Source: Octopus vulgaris (taxonomy: Eukaryota). From it: 64,000 bases of DNA. The notes under the pieces were generated by a model. It had not been told where the DNA came from and did not search any database. It worked only from the letters and a program-made list of their open reading frames with translations. How positions within the stretch are numbered: position 1 is the first letter of the stretch; every line of letters starts with the position of its first letter. The DNA is taken from assembly GCA_951406725.2 (NCBI GenBank), contig OX597830.1:27590001-27654000 (forward strand), given 5' to 3'. This document shows positions 56,762-64,000 of the stretch, one piece after another. The translations under genes were made by a program, and so were the position numbers.

Positions 56762-56892
56762 GCAGATGAAAAGTAAGAAAGATAGAGAGAAATAAAAAGT
56801 CACTTGCCTCTTCCCCAAAAGAACGAAAAAAACAAAAACCACATGAATGAAATAATTTAGAAATAAAAAAAGTGAGGTTGAGAAGAAGAGAA

Positions 56893-56973
<81 letters not shown>

Positions 56974-58024
56974 AAGAGAGAGGGAAGTAGCAAAAAAAAA
57001 TGAACTAAAGGGAAATAAGAGAAATATCGATACTTCAGCGCTTGCTAAATTGATTCCAATCCAGCAAATCTTTAAGTCTAAAGAACGAATTCATGTCCCC
57101 ACCCCTTCATCATTGCATGTCCCCAGACCCACCCGTAAACTTCCATCCCTCCTTCTACTCACGTTCTTCCTTCAACATAATCGACATCAGTGCTACCAGT
57201 CACAAGGAACGTCACCGTCACCGCCAACAACAAACGCCATTTTGATAAGAAGAGTTTTTTATGTACATTTTTTCTCTTTGTTTTATTAGGTTTGTATTTG
57301 ATAGATTTTCGTTGAAATTTAAAAAAGAAAATCACGTTGTTATATTTGCTGTTGTTGTTGATGGTGATGGTGTGTATGTTTGTGTTTGAGTAATGGTCGT
57401 GGGTGACTTTTTATGCTTTTACGTATCTTTCTATATATTGGGAAAAGAGATATAGAGAAATAGCTTGAGAAAGTGAGAGAGATGCATTACAGCAAAAGTG
57501 GGATATATACATAGAGCGACAGATAGATAGACAGATAGAAATATACATACATAAATAGATAGAAAATAGATAGATAGATTGAAAATAGATTGATACACTG
57601 ACTGGCAGACAGATAGATAAATAGATAGATAGATAGATAGATACATACATACATACATAAATAGATAGATAGAGAAAAAGAAAAGTATACAGACTGACTG
57701 ACAGATAGATAGGTAGGTAGATAAATAGATAGAAAGATAAATACATAAATTGATAGATAGATAGATAGATAGACTGACAGATAAAGCAGATAGATAGCCA
57801 GGTAGACAGATTGATAGACTGTTAGATAGGTGGACAGACACACGGATAGATATAGAGGATGATAGACACATGGATAAATAAGTAGTTAGATTCATAAATA
57901 GACATAGAGAGAGAATGCGACAGAAAAATATCGATGATGATGATGATGATGATGATGACACCAATATTAATACTAATATTAATATTTCTGCTGCTGCTGC
58001 TGCTGCTGCTGCTACTACTACTAT

Positions 58025-58055
<31 letters not shown>

Positions 58056-58244
58056 GCTACTACTACTGATGGTGATGATGATGATGATGATGATGAATAA
58101 CAGTAATTGAAACAATAAACGACAAAGCAACGATAAGCTAAATGATGGTAATGATGACGTTGATGATGATGGTGAAAATGATGATGTTGATGATGATGAT
58201 ATTGATGATGATGATGATGATGAAGATGATGATGAGGATGATGG

Positions 58245-58290
<46 letters not shown>

Positions 58291-58297
58291 AATAATA

Positions 58298-58357
<60 letters not shown>

Positions 58358-58679
58358 TTAATAATAATAAAGCACCTTCACCAATACCAAGAGCGACAAG
58401 AAAAACAATACCGACAACAGTTACAAAAGCGCCAATGCCACCACCTCAACCACCATAACCACTACCCCCAACACCACAATCACCACCACTGCCAGAAACA
58501 ACACTAGCCACACCACCACCATCAACAACAACAACAACAACATCAGCAAGAACGATAATTGTGACTGAGGTAAGAAAGGAAAATTCAAATGAAGACCTGC
58601 AAAGATTAATGAAATCAAGAAAATTGTACAAAAATAGGGAATAATGAGATGGGAAGGAGAACACGGTCCTTGCTCCACC

Positions 58680-58708
58680 TTATCGTGCACCGTTCACCCC
58701 ATACATCC
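58680..58708 (-). other. Candidate terminal coding exon of an unidentified minus-strand gene, (G)MYGVNGAR*
   Basis: A long polypyrimidine tract ending TTTTCATTTTCAG precedes GC-richer unique sequence with TAA at 58682-58680. No homology recognised. Confidence 0.25.
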
Positions 58709-59192
58709 CTGAAAATGAAAAAAAAAGAAAGGAAAAGAAAAGAATGAAGAGAGAACGAAAGAAAAATATATTGAAAACATTTAACATTGAAATTTAAAAA
58801 AAAAAAGAAAAAAACCTCTGCAACATAAGTATTAAAGATGTTGGTTAAAAAATAAGAATAACAACAAATATTAAAGGATAAAAAATAGAGAAATACATGT
58901 ACATCAGATGTTGGTTAAGAACGAAAGAAAAAAAAATTAAGTGATGTGGGGAGATGGCGCAGAGGGAATTGAATAAAATGTTTCAAAAAGAAGAAAAAAA
59001 AAAGAAAAAAATAGTAAAAAGAAAACCAGTTTGAGGAAAAAGAAAAACTTTTAGTTTAAAAATAAAAATTAATCAAGAATAGTAATTCTATTATTCTTGA
59101 AAAAAAAAAGAGGAAACAAAAAAGAAGAAACCCTTTGATTCTTCTAAGAATTCTATTTGTAGTTTATTATTATTATTATTATTATTATTATA

Positions 59193-59276
<84 letters not shown>

Positions 59277-59312
59277 GTTGTTGTTGTTGTTATTATTATT
59301 ATTATTATTATT

Positions 59313-59361
<49 letters not shown>

Positions 59362-59675
59362 CAGAATACATTAAATACGATCGTATATATATATATATAT
59401 ATATATACACGAACACGTACAAACGTATTTGTACACACACAAACACACTGATTCATATATAAACACCTGTATATCTATTTAAGAATGAGTATGTACGTAC
59501 GTTCGTACGTACGTATGTAGGTATGTATGTATGTATATATATATATATATATACATATATAAAGGTTTATCTTCTGTCCATTAAACTATGATTCTATTTC
59601 TCTCTTCCTTATTATACATATATATATATATACAAATATGCATGCATACATACATTATATACATACATACATACA

Positions 59676-59735
<60 letters not shown>

Positions 59736-59790
59736 CGTATACGTGTGTGTATGTGTGGAGTATGCATTCGGCTATATATAAGTACTCATG

Positions 59791-59824
<34 letters not shown>

Positions 59825-59994
59825 GCATATATATATAGTTATATGTAATATATACATATGTTTATATATATAATATATATATATATATATACATGCATAT
59901 ACATATATCTATATGTATTCGTAAATATGTGTAAATTGTCTTCATGTATTCTTTTGTATATGATTATAAGTTTCTGTATATGTATAGAGTATGC

Positions 59995-60072
<78 letters not shown>

Positions 60073-60263
60073 GCATGTATATATATGCATGCATATATAA
60101 GATGTGTGTATACATATGTACGTGTATGCAAAACGTTGAATGCATGTACGTATATATATTTATGCACGTATGTATTGCTCTTAGTGTTGTTTCAGAATGA
60201 AATAGAATTTATGGGTGTGAAGAAGACTCGATAAGACAATTTGTTGCAAAAGATGACAAATTC

Positions 60264-60315
<52 letters not shown>

Positions 60316-60382
60316 ATACATATATAAATATAATATACATGTATGTGTATATATATATATATATATATAATATACATGTATG

Positions 60383-60414
<32 letters not shown>

Positions 60415-61310
60415 ATATAAATGTATATATGTATGTATATATATGGTATATATATATAAATGTATATATATATCTGTATACATATGGTATATATATATAT
60501 AAATGTTTGTATGTATATATATACATATATAATGCCTATTTGAATGTGTATATACTTAAATATATATGTATGTTTGCATATATGAATTTATTAGTGAATA
60601 TAAGTGTGTGACAGAAATCGTTTTGATATCCGTGATCGGAGTGAGTTATACGTACATGTATATCTACGTATTTGTTTATGTGTGTATGTGTGTGTTTATA
60701 AATATGTGTGTGTTTATAAATTTATATATATGCGTGTGTGTGTGTGTGTGTGTATTTGTGATGGGCAAGAGAAAGGAGGGAGAGAAAGTATATGTAAGAA
60801 GCGATAACCTATGCAGAAGGAGAAAAAAATCAGATTCCAAAAAATATATAAGGGTAGAAATCAATGAACAGGAAATTAGGAGAATGTGATGAAAAGGAGT
60901 AATAAATATATGTGGGTGTTAGTGAGAGGGCTAGATAGGAATGATGACAGTATTAGAGTGGGAGTGCCACATATATGAAAAGAGATTATATAATCTAAGA
61001 GAAGAAGCGGATTCGTACATACCAATCCCTCCTTCACGCACACTCACATGTAAACCTAATATACGTTTATATATATACATACATGCATACATATATAAAT
61101 ATATATATATATATACATATATATATGTGCATGCATACATATATACGTGCACATATGTAAATCTATATATATATGGATATGTTTATGCGTACTTATATAC
61201 GTATTTAAATAAGAATATATGTATGTGTGTATATATATACATTTACATGTATATATATATACATATATATCCGTATATATATGCGTATATATGTACATAT
61301 ACAAGTATAC

Positions 61311-61347
<37 letters not shown>

Positions 61348-61370
61348 CGTATATATACATATATATATAC

Positions 61371-61457
<87 letters not shown>

Positions 61458-61924
61458 CATACGTATATATATATATATATATGTATATACATATATGTGT
61501 GTGTGTGTATGTATATATATGTTTATATGAATGTGTCTTCATAGAGATTCTTATTAAGAATATGAATTAGAATAAAACATAAGATGAAATGAAAGACATT
61601 TAAAGTGAAAGTAGAAAGTGAAAGAGGAAAAGAGACAGAAATGCAGAAAGAGAGGGGGGAGATTGTAAGAGTTAAGAAGAGAAGCCAGATTGAGGGCAAA
61701 AGATATGGATGACCGAGAGTGCAACGATAAAAAGTTAAAGAAAAAGAATGTCGTAAACTGAGCGAGTATACCACTGTTTTAAATTTTAATGAAGCATGTG
61801 AAGGGAGCTATGTAGAAATATTAAGATGGAGATGTGGAAAGGTGGCATCGGAGAGAAATGGTAAGTTTAAAGGTAGGAAATGAGAGGAAGAAAAAGTGTG
61901 CAATACGATAAAAATTGTGAGGTG

Positions 61925-61967
<43 letters not shown>

Positions 61968-62195
61968 GTATATGTAAATATACACTTATAATAAAAGGCA
62001 TATAATATAACTACAGATAAATAGATAGACAGTTAGATGTGTTGCTAGCTAGCAAGCTAGATAATGATGGCTCGGCATAAAAACAGTGACAGGTATAATG
62101 TTCATCATGATTGTAATGATGATAATAATAATATCTATAACAGCAAAAATGATAGTAATAATAAAAGTCTATACAATACAATCCGACATCTCTAT

Positions 62196-62294
<99 letters not shown>

Positions 62295-62503
62295 CCTATC
62301 ATCTATCAATTTATCTATCTATATTTCTACCTATCTTTCTCTATATACATATATGTATGTATTTATGTATGTATACAGACACAAAAATGCACACACACAG
62401 GCACACACACATACATATGCATTCGTACACAGATATATATACATAAACATGCATATGAATAAGTCGGCGAATAGATAAATAGATACACTCTTATGTGTAT
62501 GAC

Positions 62504-62543
<40 letters not shown>

Positions 62544-62570
62544 GCTTATATACTTGTATATATATATATG

Positions 62571-62634
<64 letters not shown>

Positions 62635-62846
62635 CATATATATACATATATATATATACATATATATACATATATATATATACATATATATATATGTATA
62701 TATATATGTATATATATATGTATATATATATATATATGTATATATATATACATACACATATACATGTGTAAAAGCATAAATTTCATGCATATGCATACAC
62801 ACACACACATATATGTGTGTGTAATTGTGTATGTGTGTGTATTTCT

Positions 62847-62895
<49 letters not shown>

Positions 62896-63701
62896 GGTGT
62901 ATAAAACCATACATCCATATACACAATTGGAAAAATAGATAGATGAGAAAATATTTGGGACAGATTTAGGATATTCCGCATTACTCTCCAGTAAAAGAAA
63001 AAAGAATTGGCGATGTATACAGATTAAAAGGAAGTTAAAAAGATTCGGTATTAAAAAGAAAACACTAAACAAAACAGCAGGAAACAACAAGAGCAATGAC
63101 AATGATAACATCAATATAATCGCGACGACCACCACGACGGTCACCGCCATCTTCACCGCTACGACCGCTGCCAACCACCGCCAACATTTTCAAAAACAAC
63201 GACAGCCACGTTACCAATAATATTATCAAGAACATTAAGAACATACAAAAACTATACAACAACATCAACATCAACAGCAATAACAACAAATGCTGCTACA
63301 ACAAAAATCAACATTAGTGCTATATTACCTACAACATTCTGAAATAGCTGCGAACAGCTGCCTTGATAACAAAATAAAAATAGGAGAAAATACGAATAAA
63401 AATAAGAAAGCAAAAAAAGAAAAAAGAACAAACGGCGTCATTATAATGGCGAGACATTTGAGGCAGTTAATGTTTCGTAAAACAATTTTTTAGAATACAC
63501 TATGCGTCGTATCTGCTTTTAACATGGAAGTTTGGTCAAAAGGGGAAGAGAAGACGATATATGTATGTACGTATGTTTATACGCATGTATGTATGAATGC
63601 ACATGCACACACAAACGCACACACATACATATATATGTATGTATATAAATGTATACGTATATATATATATAGGCATATACATATATATACATATATATGT
63701 A

Positions 63702-63745
<44 letters not shown>

Positions 63746-64000
63746 CAGTGTACTTATGTGTCTTATGCGCTCATACACACAGATATGTATATCTAAGTAG
63801 TGTATTTATGTGTGTGTGCGTGATTATATGCATGTGTGATTGTGTGTGCGTGTGTACACGAATGTATGGGGATATATGCGTATACTTAAATAAATAAATA
63901 AATACGTAAATAAATAAATAAGCATTAACAATGTTTTCATCAGAAATATATTCCTCTCTAAAATCGAAACACAAAAATATAAAGTAAATCCAAAAACAAA

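Noticed and set aside
57160-57275. Signal-peptide-like minus frame WRLLLAVTVTFLVTG with a GTGAGT donor
   Set aside because: No in-frame ATG or acceptor was found upstream.
59460-62900. Dozens of YI/CV-repeat ORFs
   Set aside because: Artefacts of (TA)n/(TG)n/(TACA)n tracts. The same applies throughout the window.

Overview
This window is eukaryotic, AT-rich and saturated with microsatellites. It reads as non-coding intergenic or intronic DNA. The repeat content (CORE-like tRNA-derived SINEs, very dense (TA)n/(CA)n/(TAA)n/(CTAT)n) suggests an octopus or other cephalopod genome, which is an inference. I found no intact host gene, rRNA, tRNA gene or CRISPR array, and nearly all listed ORFs are translated microsatellite. 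Recognisable content: four decayed Tc1/mariner transposase relics (two DD37D/maT-like, two mariner, one with a countable DD34D spacing); about 20 SINE copies from at least three families; Tx1/L1-like LINE relics, including a CCHC zinc-knuckle ORF1 piece; four R4/Dong-like restriction-like-endonuclease (RLE) LINE relics, three of them inside (TAA)n tracts; and several Penelope-like (PLE) relics with palindromic ends and hammerhead-ribozyme-like cores. The most unusual object is at 37754-39140. It is an internally deleted Dong/R4-like element with an in-frame 139-aa fusion ORF, and its first ~21 nt are reiterated 29 times at its 5' junction. A few weak minus-strand splice signals hint at a spliced transcript. 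Boundaries of degraded repeats are approximate.
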